Assembly (NCBI RefSeq): GCF_030684315.1
Contig: NC_081397.1
Coordinates: forward strand, 5,518,001 to 5,582,000
Reading direction: 5' to 3'
Origin: Stegostoma tigrinum
Taxonomy: Eukaryota
Length of the DNA stretch: 64,000 nucleotides
Part shown: positions 1-13,660 of the stretch, one piece after another
How positions within the stretch are numbered: position 1 is the stretch's first letter
Layout: every line of letters starts with the position of its first letter
Notes under the pieces: generated by a model
What the model was told of the DNA's origin: nothing
The model's input: only the letters and a program-made list of their open reading frames with translations
The model's database searches: none
Position numbers and translations under genes: made by a program

Positions 1-2880
1 AAACCCCTTTCAGCCTTTTCTGCTCCAAAGATCGACCTGAACCTGTCCAGCCTCACTTCACTGGTGAAATGCTCTGACCCAGGCAATATCTTGGTGAATC
101 TCCCTCTGCACCCCCTCCAGTACAATTACATCCTTCCTATAGTGCAGAGACTGGAACTGCACACAGTGCTCCAGCTGCAGCCTCACCAAAGTCCTGTCCA
201 GCTCTGACATCACCTTCCCACTTTTATAATCTGTATGGCACACCTCAGGCACAGGTGGGACTTGAAGCCCAGCCTCCTGGCTCAGAGGTAGGGAAATTAC
301 CACTGCCCTACCCAGATTCATAACTTGCGGCACTGAGCTTCCTGTTGGTGATTCCTGTTTCCTTTGATATCCACTCTTACCTTTCCCACCAAATGACCTC
401 TCCCACCTCTTCACCTTCCTGCTCCCACTCGATTCCAATTCCATTCCAATATCATTCCAATTGCAGGATGCCAAGCCTGACCCCAATGATTCCAGTATCA
501 CATACGCCACACTGAACCTCAGCGAGCTCTCAGAGGGAAGAAGACAGAGTGGATGGACATGTTTACAAGAATATTCCACACAAGTAAAAAAGAAGAAGAC
601 AGATGAGAGGCAGGTCATTTGATTTTTATAGACTGTCTGGTTAAGAGGTACAATGTTACTCCTGTGTACAGATCCCAAACTTATGAACTTTGCGATGGAA
701 ACCATGTTTCACACGTTTGTCTCTACTCATTTTGAAGCTAATTTCATGTTGTTGCATCTGTTGGTCTGTTCTGGACATTGCAGGCTGTTAGTTTTGTAAA
801 TTCAAAACTATTTCAGCAGCTGGTGGCCTTTTGGAAATTTAATACTTGCCTCTCCTTCCCTCTCATGTACATGTCTGAGGATTGAGCTTTTCAGTTGGTC
901 CATGTTTAAGGGGAGGAATACATCATCTGCCACCTTCTGCGCATGGAACAGGAATCTCCTGCGTTCTGACCAACTTTGAACAGGAATTGTCAGAGGACCT
1001 GACAGGTGGGAGATACAAAAGAACAGAAACCAGACAGTTACAATGGTTACATTCCAGGGCGAAAGAGACCTGGGGTGTGGGGTTGGAACGAGCAACTTCT
1101 GGCCGCACAGAAGGAACACACACTGAGCTGCAAGCCACTGAACAAACTGGATAGAAAAGGCATGGATGAAACAGAGTCTGTACGGAGAAGACTAGATCTC
1201 CCAATGAACCAAAACCCCTGTTGGACACTTCAACTTGGCTTTCTGAGATTCCAAAACCCATTGTGGGAACTGGAACGTAGGGGATTTCTCTCCGCTGCAG
1301 GTATTTTGGAAATGCCACATTGTCAGGACGGGGGATCACACACCTCCAGAGCGACAGGCTTGACCTTTGAATGGGGAAGCGATGGCCTCATGGGATTATC
1401 GTGGAACTGTTAATCCAGATGTTCCAGTGATGTTCTGGGGACCCGGGTTCAAATCCTGCAACACAGATGGTGGAATTTAAATCCAACAAAATTCTGAAAT
1501 TGACAGTCTGATGGTAACTGTGAATCAATTGTTGGAAAACCCCATCTGGTTCACTCATGTGGTTTAAGAAAGGAAACCGCTATCCTTACCTGGTCTGGCC
1601 TTCATGTGACTCCAGACCCACAGCAAAGTGGTTGACACAGCCCCCTGGACAGCTAAGGATGGGCAAGAAATGCTGGCCTGGCCAGCAATGCCCTCATCCC
1701 ATGAATTAAAAAAATGCCAGCTTCTTAGTCCTGACATACAGACACTGTCATTGCAGCACAAAAGGGTTTGGGTTGATGTAAGTACAGGCTTGGTAGAAGA
1801 CGTTAAGATTTTAACATCGACGCCGTCTGGATCTGACAATTGCTGGCCACCAAGAAAGGAGCAGTGCAGGTCCGATTGCAAACTGGTGAACAACATCAGG
1901 GACAACACCAGCGCGAGGGCCAAAGGGTCTGGTCAATGGGTAGCAGGTACCTTTGAATGGAACAGCAGGACTGTGCTGATGAATTGTTCACATTCGAGCC
2001 AGTAAGGATGGTGACTGGCTTATTGCTGTTTTTTAATCACGATGACCCCTCATTCAGGTGAAGGATGTGGGGCATTGCTGGTAAAGACAGCATTTGTGCC
2101 CCTCATCATAGAGTCATAGGGGCTATTTCTGTGCTCTGTGACTCTTCGGCCTAACTCGTCCATGCCAACCTGGTTTCCTGAAGTGACCCAGCCCTGTTTA
2201 CCTGTGTTTGAACCATATCCCTTCCAACCTTTCCTATCCATGTATCTGCCAATTTTTAAAAAAAAATATTTATAATTTTACCCACATCTACCACTTTCCC
2301 TGGCAGCTCATTCCATCTACCCACCACTCTCTGTGCAAAGGATTTGCCCCTCAGGCCCCTGTTAAATCTTTCCCTTCTCACCTTAAACCTATGCTGTCTA
2401 GTTTTGGACTCTCCAACCCTGGGGTTAAAGACCTTGGCTTTCACCTTATCTATGTCCCTCATGATTTTTAAAGCCTTCAAAGGGCCAACCCTCAGCCTCT
2501 AATGCTATGGAAAAAAAACAGCCTATCCTTGTAGCCCAAACTCTCCATTCCTCATAACATGGTTATGTTCATTTTTTTTTCACCCTTTCCAGTTTAATAA
2601 CATCCTTCCTGTAGCAGCATGACCAGAACTGTACACAATGCTACAAGAATATCCTTATCACTGTCTTGTACAGCCATAACATGATGTTCCAACTCCTGTC
2701 CTCCATGCCGCTTTCCCGATCCATCACCATTTTGATAATAATCTGCTTTCCTGTTTTCTTATTTCTCCCAAAGTGGTAGCCTCACATCGATCCACATCAA
2801 ACTGCATCAGCCCTGCATTTGCCCACTCACTCAACTTGACCCAATCGCATGGAAGCATCCCTGCATCCTCCTTCACAGCT
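1..2880 (-). mobile_element. CR1-like fragments (1-240 and ~2110-2880), with a tRNA-like-head SINE at ~1390-1715 (+) between them
   Basis: LVRLQLEHCVQF...HYRKDVIVLEGVQR and RGKSFAQRVVGRWNELP; GGGTTCAAATCC B-box at ~1445. Confidence 0.55.
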
Positions 2881-3359
2881 CCCCCTCCCTCCGAACCCTG
2901 TGTTGAGATGGAAAACAAAATGAAAACACAATGGGCCCGGTGTTTATGAAGCAATGGAAAGTATTGTTCATGGATGGTGGACATTGGGATGGGTTTAATC
3001 TATCGCGGTGTTATTGTAAATGTAATTTCTTGATGATATTTGCTTTTGTACACAACAATGCTGCCTTTGGTGTTGAATAAAATCGTGGTACACAACAAAT
3101 TAGTGGATTTCTTTTTGAACAATCAAGGTGTGCCGGTGGAACCCCCGGTGATCCGATGTGAGACCGAACTTGGGGATTACTCTCAGTGACAGGATGGTGA
3201 TGCAAGGGGCAGTGAGCCAACACATCAGCCACAGTCTCCCCTGGGTCACCAGCATCACCCCTTCCATCCGTCGCTCATGTGTGGGTGGGAAGGAGGGGGA
3301 CGGTGCGGGATGGAGGGTGAGAGATCGCGGTAGGGAGGGGTAGAGGGTAAGGGAAGGAG

Positions 3360-4130
3360 TATGTATGAGAGAAAATGTTTGAGGAAAGTTTATGTCAAAG
3401 AGCATCTGAGATGGTTTGTGAGATGAAATGTGCGTGTAGGATGTTTTGTGTGACTGCGTGAATGTGTGTGACAGTGTGTGAGAGCGTGTGTGTGCAAGAG
3501 AGAGAGCAAGAGCATGTTGTGAATGTGTTTTTAAGTGAGAATTAGAGTTTAAGAGAATGTATGTGGGTGAGTGTGAGTTTGTTTGAAATTGTGTCTGAGA
3601 TAATGTGAGTTTGTACAAGAGTGTGAGCATAAACTGTGAGTGCATGTGAATGTGTCAGGGAATGTGAGAAAGAGATTATGACAGTTATGAGTGTGTGTGG
3701 GTGTGTGATATTCAATGTAATTTTGTGAATAAACTTGTTTGAGCAATCATGTGTTTGTGTGAATGCAAGCTAGTGTGACTGTGTGTCAGACCGTGTGTGT
3801 GCGCACACACCGGTCGTGTGTGTGAAATTGTTCCAGTGTGTATGTGTCTGTAAGACTGTGTGTGAATATGTGACCATGTAAGTGTGTGCGTGTCTTTGTG
3901 CGTGCGCGGTGCGTGAGAGGGAGAATAGCGAGAAAAGGGACTGAATTGTGGGAGTGGGGGTTAGTCAAGGAGGATGGAGTGGGGGTGAGACTGAGAGGAA
4001 ATGGGAGGTGCAGCATAGAGTGAGAGGAAGGCTGGTGTGAGTGTCTGTGAGAGTCTGACTGTGCATGTGAATCTACATGCATGAGCGTGTGTGTTTGAGT
4101 CTGTGAGCGAGTGTGTGTGATTGAGCACAG
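3360..4130. repeat. Degenerate (TG)n/(GA)n low-complexity tract
   Basis: Dense imperfect TG dinucleotide runs. Confidence 0.85.
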
Positions 4131-4623
4131 TTTTAACAATGAGGCAGTGAGCTGGGGAGAGAGTTTGGGTACTCTCTATCATCCGGATCTGGGAGATCAA
4201 GAGATGATCTCTTTGCAATTTTGAAAACACTGAAAAGAATGGACGGGGTGGAGGTTGGTGATGGGGGTCAATGTAGCAAAATTCTGAAGCATTTCTGAAG
4301 AAGGGTCTAGGCCTGAAACGTCAGTCTTCCTGCTCCTCTGATGCTGCTTGGCTGCTGTGTTCATCCAGCTCAGCACCTTGTTATCTCAGATTCTCCAGCA
4401 TCTGCAGTTCCTCCTATCTCTCCCTATTCCCTAATCCCATTTTCCCGGCTGTTGGCCCATAGACTTTGCATTACAAGTGCACATCCTTCTTCAACGTGAT
4501 GAGGATTTCTGCCCCTCCCACCCTCACAGGCAGTGAGTACCAGATTCCCCAGCACTCTCTGGGTGAAAACCTTTTACCTTATATCCCCCTTTAAACCTCC
4601 AAACTCTTCCTTTCAATGAAACA

Positions 4624-4788
4624 NNNNNNNNNNNNNNNNNNNNNNNNNNNNNNNNNNNNNNNNNNNNNNNNNNNNNNNNNNNNNNNNNNNNNNNNNNNNN
4701 NNNNNNNNNNNNNNNNNNNNNNNNNNNNNNNNNNNNNNNNNNNNNNNNNNNNNNNNNNNNNNNNNNNNNNNNNNNNNNNNNNNNNNNN
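4624..4788. other. Assembly gap (165 N)
   Basis: Run of N. Confidence 1.
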
Positions 4789-5191
4789 CCGTCCCCTTTC
4801 GCTGAAACAAGCCGGCTGAATATACAGCCGAGTCAGACAAACAGGAGGCTGGAAGGACAAGCTAGGCAGCATGTGGAGGAAAGGAGCAGTCAACATTTCT
4901 GATGTTAGCCTTCTTCAGGACGATAGCCATAGGAAATAAGGGGAAACCTGGGAGTTCTGCTGAAAAAAAAACTGATCTGCTATGCAGTCAACAATTAAAC
5001 TGCCCGAATACAGAAAACAGAGCGCTAAAGTAACAGCCACATGGAATAAATTGCAAGAGAGTCGTAAACAGATTAGCATTTCTAAAAAAAAGTCGATTCA
5101 AAGGGGAATGCATTTGTTTTAAATGTAAACAGAAAAGGAAAATTGATTACAGGGTGGGACAGAGGAGGAACAGAAAGAGGAGATAAACAAG

Positions 5192-5833
5192 ATAATAAAA
5201 TGTGAGGCTGATGAACACAGCAGGCCAAGCAGCATCTCAGGAGCACAAAAGAGGCTTCGCAGTGAGGTTAAAATAGTATCAGAGATAATGGGAACTGCAG
5301 ATGCTGGAGATTCCAAGATAATAAAATGTGAGGCTGGATGAACACAGCAGGCCAAGCAGCATCTCAGGAGCACAAAAGCTGACGTTTCAGGCCTAGACCC
5401 ATCATCAGAGAGGGGGATGGGGGGAGGGAACTGGAATAAATAGGGAGAGAGGGGGAGGCAGACCGAAGATGGAGAGTAGTTGCAATGGGAGAGAGATTCC
5501 CTGAGGTTGGTCCGGAGGGAGGAGGGTAACTTCTTCAGGTTAGGCACTGCGAAGCCTCTTCCAGGGATGCCTAACCTGAAGAAGTTACCCTCCTCCCTCC
5601 GGACCAACCTCAGGGAATCTCTCTCCCATTGCAACTACTCTCCATCTTCGGTCCGCCTCCCCCTCTCTCCCTATTTATTCCACTTCCCTCCCCCCATCCC
5701 CCTCTCTGATGAAGGGTCTAGGCCCGAAACGTCAGCTTTTGTGCTCCTGAGATGCTGCTTGGCCTGCTGTGTTCATCCAGCCTCACATTTTATTATCTTG
5801 GAATCTCCAGCATCTGCAGTTCCCATTATCTCT
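5192..5833. mobile_element. Penelope-derived pLTR insertion with 268-bp inverted arms and hammerhead cores; 15-bp TSD
   Basis: Arms 5279-5546 and 5568-5835; GAGGAGATAAACAAG at 5177-5191 and 5834-5848; CTGATGA-AGGGTCTAGGCCC-GAAACGTC at 5706-5733. Confidence 0.8.
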
Positions 5834-6344
5834 GAGGAGATAAACAAGGCAGATTTGTGGTAAATGCTGATTTTACAGAGGGATAGAGCTATCATAGCTT
5901 GTTCCTCAGGAAGTACACATCGCCCACTGAGTGGGAATGACAACAAATCTGTCCACTGGGCATCTCCAACCACACCATGGCATGCTGTAACTCTGTCTGA
6001 TGTTGTGGTACGTTAGGAACCCCTTCAAAAACACCAGCTGTACTTCCCAAAGGGAAGGAGATTCTCAACTGCTTGAGGGTTTCAGATGAAAACTATTTCT
6101 TATAATCCGGGGTAAAATTGTTTCAGAGATAGTAGAACTGCAGATGCTGGAGAATCAGAGATAACAAGGTCTAGAGCTGGAGAAACACAGCAGGCCCAGC
6201 AGCATCAGAGGAGCAGGAAGGCTGACGTTTCGGGCCGAGATCCTTCTTCAGAAGAAGGGTTTAGAAGAAACATTGGGTTGAGACCCGAAACATCAGCCTT
6301 CAATGTAAGATAAACGTTGGGAAATTTTTCTAAAAAAAAACCAG

Positions 6345-8200
6345 ACAAGACACAGCTGGGATACGGTGAGCAGTTTTGTGGCCTCGTATCTAAGGAAGGA
6401 GAGTCTAGCATTGGAGGTAGGTTCAAAGAGGGTTCACTCGGCTGATCCCGGGTAATGGAGGGAATGTCTGATGAGGGAGAGATTGAGTCTGTTGGGCTTA
6501 TCCTCATTGGAGTTTATAGGAATGGGAGGTGTCCTCATTGAAGATCCTTTGAGGAATTTGAACGGGAGCCGTTGCCCCTCATGTGGGAGAATTTGGGACC
6601 AGAGGGGCATCATCTCTGAATAGGCGTTTGTCCATTGAAGATGGAGATGAGGAATTTCTTCTTCTGAGGGGAGTGAATCTGTGGAATTCTTTACCACAGA
6701 GGGCTGTCAATGCCGGGTCATTCAGTATATTCAAGTCTGAGAGAGATTTTCAGTCAGGAAGGAGAATCAAAGGTTATGGGGGAACAGGTGGAAGAGCAGC
6801 AAAGTAGAGTTAAGAATGATCAATTCAGCCACAATCATGGTTGAAAGGTGGAGCAGCTAGATGGGCAGAATGGCCTACTTCTGATCCTCTAGTCATATGT
6901 ACACCATTCCCAAGCAATGTAGTCTCATTGTCCTGTGTTTCCTTTCTGACAGTGATGCAATGTTATTTTGAAATGTGTTAGCCATATCTTTCCTCTATGA
7001 TTGAACAACAGAAGACACCATTTCACCAGGAGTGGGGGCACTGGTGTCTGAAGCAAGGAACACAGCTTGTAAGGTTGCAATAGCAACATAGTGCAGGGTT
7101 CTGGAGATCTGAAACCAACACAGAGAGCACTGGGGCAACTCAGTAGGTCTGACAGCATCTGACAGTGAGTGGCGGGTTGGGGTGGTGGGCGGTGGGGCAG
7201 AGAGAGTGAGTGAGTTAGGGTTTTGAGTTTGACCACTCTGCGTCCGTTCTCATGCCTTACTGACAAGTATTTCTATCAGATAAGGACCAACAGGTGAGGT
7301 TTAGTTCCTTTTCTTGTGTGTTCCGGTTGCAGGCAGTACATTCGACTTGCCTCTGGGTGGTTAGTATAATTTTCTGTTCTGTCTAGCACAAGTTCATCCC
7401 ACAGAAGCCAATAGAGCGCCCCCCACCACCCCCCCCGCCGACCCTGTGCCAGAAGGTTTAGAGCTGCAGACCGATCTGCAGAAGCTGGACCCTAATCTCC
7501 CCCTTTAGATTGTCTCCCTGGGATGGGGAGTCGGTCCCTCAAGCTCATGTGCGCTTTCGAAAGCCTGTGCACAAGTAGGTCATGTTTGTCCAGCTTATTG
7601 ATGGGAGAGAAAGGGAAGGGATAACTGTAGGCAATTCATTCTCTTTGCTGGATCCATTGGTGAGATTGATCATGAGAAATCCTTAAATGACCAAAACAGA
7701 AATGCATTAAATGCTATAGACAGTATATTATTAAACTCGAAAGATTGACAAGGATGTTACCGGGAATGGAGGGTTTCAGTTGTAGGGAGGGGCTAATTAG
7801 GCTCTGTCTTTTTTTCCCCAAGAGAGTGGAGGTTGTTGGGTGATCTTACAGAGGTCAACAAAATCATGAGGGCCAGAGTTAAGGTGAATGGCCAAGGTCT
7901 TTTCCCCAGGGCAGGGGAGCCCAAAACTAAAGGGCGTAGGTTTAGGGTGAGAGGGGAGAGATCTAAAAGGGACCTGATTGGCAACTTTTTCACACAGAGA
8001 GTGGCGTGTGTATGGGATGAGTTGGGAGAAGATGTTGTAGATATGCATACAATCACACAATTAATAGGCATTTAAACAGGTACACGAATAGGAATGGTTT
8101 AGAGGAACATGGGTCAAATGCAGGCAAATGGGACTCTGATAGATTAGAAAAGCTGGCTGGCATGGACAGGTTGGGCTGAAGGGTCTGTTTCTGCTGTATA
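6345..8200 (+). mobile_element. CR1-like 3' fragments (~6345-6890 and ~7740-8200)
   Basis: ORF 7833-8075 (GDLTEVNKIM...NFFTQRVACVWDEL) and VNLWNSLPQRAV. Confidence 0.65.
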
Positions 8201-10458
8201 ACTGTTTGATGTGTTCCTTTTACTATCTGCAGTTAAAGGGAGAAAATTGTGGGGAAACAGGGAGGTGGGGAGAAACTAGTTTGTAACGCTCTCAGGCAGA
8301 TGGATGGTCACAGATTACAAATTACACCACGGATAGATGGACCGAGTGGCGTCATTCTTTGCTCCTATTTATTTTCTTTTTCAGGAATGTCAGAGGTGAA
8401 ATTAATTGAATTCCCAAAGTATTTCCCCTCCCAGAGAGAAAGAGGTTACTTTAAATTTGGACCCGTGCGATGCGTGTGAAGGTGTTTTCCAGGTTTACTT
8501 TCTGTCAGTGGTTGTTACATATGTATATATAAATGAAACATTGTGTGCATTTATCTCCCAGATTATTCACATACGACTGAGGTGCCAGGACCGGGCTGTT
8601 AGGAGGGGCTAAAATAATTCAAACTGATTTGCGTGTTCGAGCCTGCAATTAAAATTTCTGGAAGCGAGGGTCGGGTGAGGGAGAGAAAGACAGATGAGTG
8701 CAGGATGAAGGGAGAGAAAAGGATAATGACAGGATTGTGAAAGATAGATAGAGAGAGAGGGGGCGGGAGATAGAGAGAGAGAGATGGTGACAGGACTGAG
8801 AGATGGAGTCACATTCAATGTTTTGGGCCCAATCGCTTTCTGTGGCAGAGAATCCCATATGCTCCCCACTTTCTGGGTGAAGACATCTTTCCTCATCTCA
8901 GTCCTACCCTTCCCCTTTAGACTGTCACCCGCTGGTTCTGGACTGCCTCATCGTGACTGGGAACATCCTTTCTTGTTAGTGAGTATAGTCTGGATGGATC
9001 AAAAAGACTCTCCATTCCTGTGATACTCTTGTATTAAAGTGTACATTCCTGATCACATGCCACCATTCAGATTTCATTTTTGCATCCATCAGTCAGACCA
9101 TTGATAATAGGACTTGGGACGTCATGTTGCCATTGTACAGGACATTGGTCTGGCCACTTTTAGATTACTGTGTATAATTCTGGTACCTTAGGAAAAGGAA
9201 GGATATTATTAAATTGGACAGGGTGCAAAAGGGATTTGCAGGCCAATGAGACTAGTTTATTATGGGAAGCCCAGTTGGCATGGAAAAGTTATGCCAAAGG
9301 GCCTGTTTCTGTACTGTGTGGCTCTATTACTTTTTTGTGAGATGCCACAAGCTTTTGAAATGAGCAAATTGACCAGGCATCTCAATTCAATGAAGTTTCA
9401 TTCCCAGGACTCTCCCTTATCACCACTCGGTTTCTTTCACCCACTTTCTCCTCTATTCTCCGTCACAAAGTATTACCCAGCTCCATCCTGACATTCTGGG
9501 CTCAGCTTTCCAGTTGGACGTTAGTCCCTGCCGCCTCTCACTGGCTACGGTACTTCTAAAGCAAATGTACAAACTTGGGACAAAAAGCATGATGTACCTC
9601 TTTGACAAATGAAAAACCTGTGGCTACAGGAATTCAACCAGTAGATTTCTCTCCATAAGCAAATAACACATGATCAGATGAGTTGGTGGGGGGGGTGCAT
9701 TTTCCAGAGTTTATAATCGAAACTGAGAGCATTCGCACGTGTAAGGCAAATTCTGTTAAAAAAAACAGTAAGAACTGCTTCGTATTTGGATGGCCATGGT
9801 ACGTGGCAAAAGTTAGGCTGAAAATGTTCCGTTAAATGATTACACACAAAGGGTTATCGAGGTTGAAATCTCTTTTCCACAAACAGCAGTGGCTGGATCA
9901 GTTGTTAGTTCCCAATCTGACAGATTTTTGTTTGGCTGAGATAATAAGGGGATAGGGGCTAAAGGCAAGTTAATGGTGTGAAGCCACAGACTGAAAGGTG
10001 GAACAGGCTCAATGGGTGACATAGTGGCTCAGTGGTTAGCGCTACTGCTGCACAGTGCGAGGGATCCAGCTTCGATTTTAGCCTCAGGTGACTGTCTGTG
10101 TGAAGTTTGCACATTTTCTCTGTGATGGTGTGGGTTTCCTCCAGGTGCTTCTGTTTCCTGGCACGCTCCAATGGATGTGCAGGTTAGACATACCCCTTCT
10201 CCCCAACCTTTGAGAGAAGCCATTCCTCCTCATCTCCATTTTCAATCTGCCCCAACCCCTTATCTTGACTTGATTACTTCTCATTTTAGATTTTCCCACA
10301 TGAGGAAACATCCTCTCTCCATCTCCTTTGTCAATCCCCCAACTTTAGCATTTTGGATCCCTCAGTTAGATCTCCTCTGATTCTTCTGCAGTCCAGAGAG
10401 TGTCGGCCAAAACTGCTCAGTCTGTCTTTCCAAGATAAATCTGTGGAATTATTCAGTC

Positions 10459-11092
10459 TGTTATGGTCAAGACTAGACCAGGTCAGAACCCCTCAAAATA
10501 TTTTCAGAAGGTAGCCTCTACCCTAACTTCATTTTTAAAAGCGAACATGAAGTGCTTGTTTCAGATGCAATGCGACTGGGCAAACAACTCAATGTTAAGC
10601 AAAACAATTTATTTAAACACTGTAGTTAAAATGCAATAAAAGAAGGAAGAATTAAGAATAACTTAACTCTGTTGGAAATGTAACAGAATAGTAGATACAG
10701 TAAGTATTGCTAATTAACGGTTTCAAATTAGTAACATCCCATAAACACACTCCTTGACAAACATGTAAAATTGAGACACAGATTCTCACGTGCAGAACTC
10801 CAATCCAGGAGGATAAAGAGTCAACAGGAAATACAGAGACAGCAGGAGCCAGGAGACATCCACTGAAGCTTCAAAGGCATTTGAGACCCCAACAGCTTCA
10901 GATGCATGTGAAATGAAACCAAACCGAGAAATCCTGATTTGAGAGCTGGCCACACTCATTCAGCCTGGACAAAATAAAACTCAAACTGTTTAGTCAAGCG
11001 ATCTTCACCAGCGAGCTCGACACCTCTCATTCAATCTCTCTCTCAAAAGAAACCAGGACAAAATAATCTCTTAAAGCTACAGTATCATTACA
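10459..11092. mobile_element. Possible solo LTR (~630 bp)
   Basis: Termini TGTTATG...CATTACA (TG..CA, imperfect inverted ends); AT-rich non-LINE interior; no clear TSD. Confidence 0.35.
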
Positions 11093-12269
11093 AAGCTCTT
11101 TATCTCCAATGATGTTGGGGTGGGGAGAGGGGCAAGGCTATTTGTTTTGTAATTACAACCACTCTCCAGATCAGCGACTATTCCTGCCTCAGAAGTGGAC
11201 GGGGCGGGGGAGGGCGGTGCTTGCCTCAATGGCTGCTTTGTGATGTATTTGAATGGTAACGGCGTGGTTTCAATTCCTACACCGGATGGGGTAACCGTGA
11301 AGGACTCTCCTTTTGAACCTCTCCATCACCGGAGGCGCAGTGACCCTCAGGTTACATCACCATCCAGTCCCCTCTCTCCAACGGGAGAGCAGCTCTAATG
11401 ATCTGGTAAGACTGTGGTGAATTGACCATGATCTGTAATTGATGCATCAATTGCTTTTTAAACTGTAAATATCGACAGAAAGCTGTACTTTGTACAAACC
11501 GTTATAGCGATCATGTATCTCTCTGAAGTTGATAGCTCGCCCCCGTAAAACCCACCCCCAATGCCAACCTCCCACCACCCCCCCCACCGGAAGAATAGGT
11601 CATTAAGTAGATGCAGACCACTTTGGGAAGTTGGAAATCTTTGACGAGATTCACTTGGCTGGATTGCACCTGGGAAATGAACAGATTCTGTTTGAAGCTT
11701 TTCGTCTTGCATCAATCAGCAGAAGACAGCAAGAATGGCAAATTTCAAAATCTTAGCTGGATTATGGAGAGGGAGAGAAAGAGGCACAAACTTAATGTTA
11801 CAGGTTATAAACACAAAGTTCTGGTGAAACTCAGCAGGTATGGCAGCACCTGTGGAGAGAGAGAAACAAAGTTAATGTTTCGAGTCCAGTGACCTGTAAT
11901 CAGGGTTGACCTTTTGAAATGAAAGAGCAAGCCATTCAATCGTATTCATCGCTACAAGTTCTGAATAATGAAATGAAATGGGATGGATCACCCGGCATCA
12001 ACCTAGGGACCAGAAAAGACAACAGACCTGAAACAGCCCTGTCAGCCCTGCAAAGTCCTGCTTACTAACATCTGGGGGCTTGTGTCAAAATCCGGAGAGT
12101 CAGCATTATACTCGGAATCATACAATGTCCCAGACACCACCATCACCATCCCTGGGTATGCCATGTCCCACCAGCAGGACAGACCCTGCAGAGATGGTGG
12201 CACAGTGGTATACAGTCATGATGGAGTTGCCCTGGGAGTCAACCTTTATTTCGGACAACAGGAGGAAAT

Positions 12270-12660
12270 AGTACGCCCTAACACACTGACCACACTCCCT
12301 ACATCATGAACATATCAGAACAGACAAGAAGTCTCCTAAGACCACTAGGAATCATGGGAGCACACAAGCCCACAGACACTTTATGATAAACACTCACAAG
12401 GATGAAAGACCGCATTCTCACAACATGCAAAACCAATGTGGTTGACAAAATACGAAGCAACAACTGCTGAAACTATTACCTTAGACAGACAGGAAGGAAA
12501 CTAGCCATCAGGACACATGAACATCTGCTAGCAGCAAAACTGCACAATAAACTCTTCTTAATATTGGTACACTGACAGTGAAGGCTATCAGTTTAACTGG
12601 GACAAGGTAACCATAGTAGCCCAAGCCAAACATAGACACACATGGGAATTTCAAACGGCA
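12270..12660 (+). mobile_element. Decayed Penelope GIY-YIG fragment
   Basis: Nucleotide similarity to 39720-39960 (GQTGRKLA.R.HEH-like). Confidence 0.6.
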
Positions 12661-12919
12661 GTCATTGAATTGAATTGGAAGAGGGAAATGTACACTGAGA
12701 GCTAACTGCTATATTTTTCATCTTGTTTTGAGGAGACACCTAAAGTTTGGGCACTGAGACATCAATCTGTTTATTACCGCATTACAACAGCTTAATGTCT
12801 GAGTGTGGTCCCTTCTGGCTGGGTCTCTGGGACAAGGAGCCATTCACTCTGCGTCCAGCATTGTTCATACGGGGAGCGTTGTCATTTCCTGTTTCTTTGG
12901 TGACAGGTGAGGAAGGTGA

Positions 12920-13660
12920 GACGCCGCAGAAGGAATTGAACAGGCTTGGAGAGTGGGCAACGATATAGCAAATGGAATACAATGGGGGAAATTGTGAGGT
13001 TATGCACTTTGGTGGGAATAGAGGCATAGACCATTTTTCAAAGGGGAAGGCTTCAGAAATCTAAAGTCTTACTTCAGGAGTCCCACTTCAGGATTCTCTT
13101 AAGGTTAACATGCAAGTTCATTCAGCAGTTCATTTCAAGGGGGCTAGAATACAAGAACAGATGTACTACTGAAGCTGTATAAGGCTCTGGTCAGAGCATA
13201 TTTGGAATATTGTGAGCAGCTTTGGCTCCTGTATGTCAGGAAGGATGTGCTGGCCTTGACGGGGGTCCAGAGCAGATTGACCAGACCCGAGGGATGAAGG
13301 TCTTGACTAATGAGGAGTGGGGAGGACTGTGTGTCTGTACTCAATGGGGCTTAGAAGGGTGAGGGGGAATCCAATTGAAACTTACAGAATACTGAGAGGC
13401 CTGGATAGAGACCAGGACATGAGGGGCACAGCCTCAGCATGAAGGGATGATCTTTTCGAACTGAGATGAGCAGGAACTTCTTCAGCCAGAGGGTGGTGAA
13501 TCTGCGGAGCTCATTGAATGTCTTTAAGACAGTGATAGATAGGTTTTTGATTGGTAAAGAGGCCAAGGGCTAGGGGGAGAAGCCAGGGGAATGGGGTTCT
13601 CAGCCACAATCATATGGCAGAGCGGACTCGATGGGCCAAACAGCCTAATTCTGCTCTGTT
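12920..13660 (+). mobile_element. CR1-like LINE 3' fragment
   Basis: LYKALVR.YLEYC.Q.W and FFSQRVV remnants. Confidence 0.65.

Noticed and set aside
3100-4230. His/Thr/Ser-rich ORFs
   Set aside because: Translations of a (CA)n low-complexity tract.
4591-4896. ORFs spanning the N run
   Set aside because: Artefacts of the assembly gap.
5119-5863. Two near-identical ORFs on opposite strands (MQWERDSLRL...)
   Set aside because: By-product of the inverted pLTR arms; similar ETSAFVLLRCCLACC peptides recur at every repeat copy.
10015-10090. tRNA-like A/B boxes (also ~1445, ~15150, ~48100, ~60700)
   Set aside because: They continue into SINE bodies and show no complete cloverleaf; these are SINE heads, not tRNA genes.
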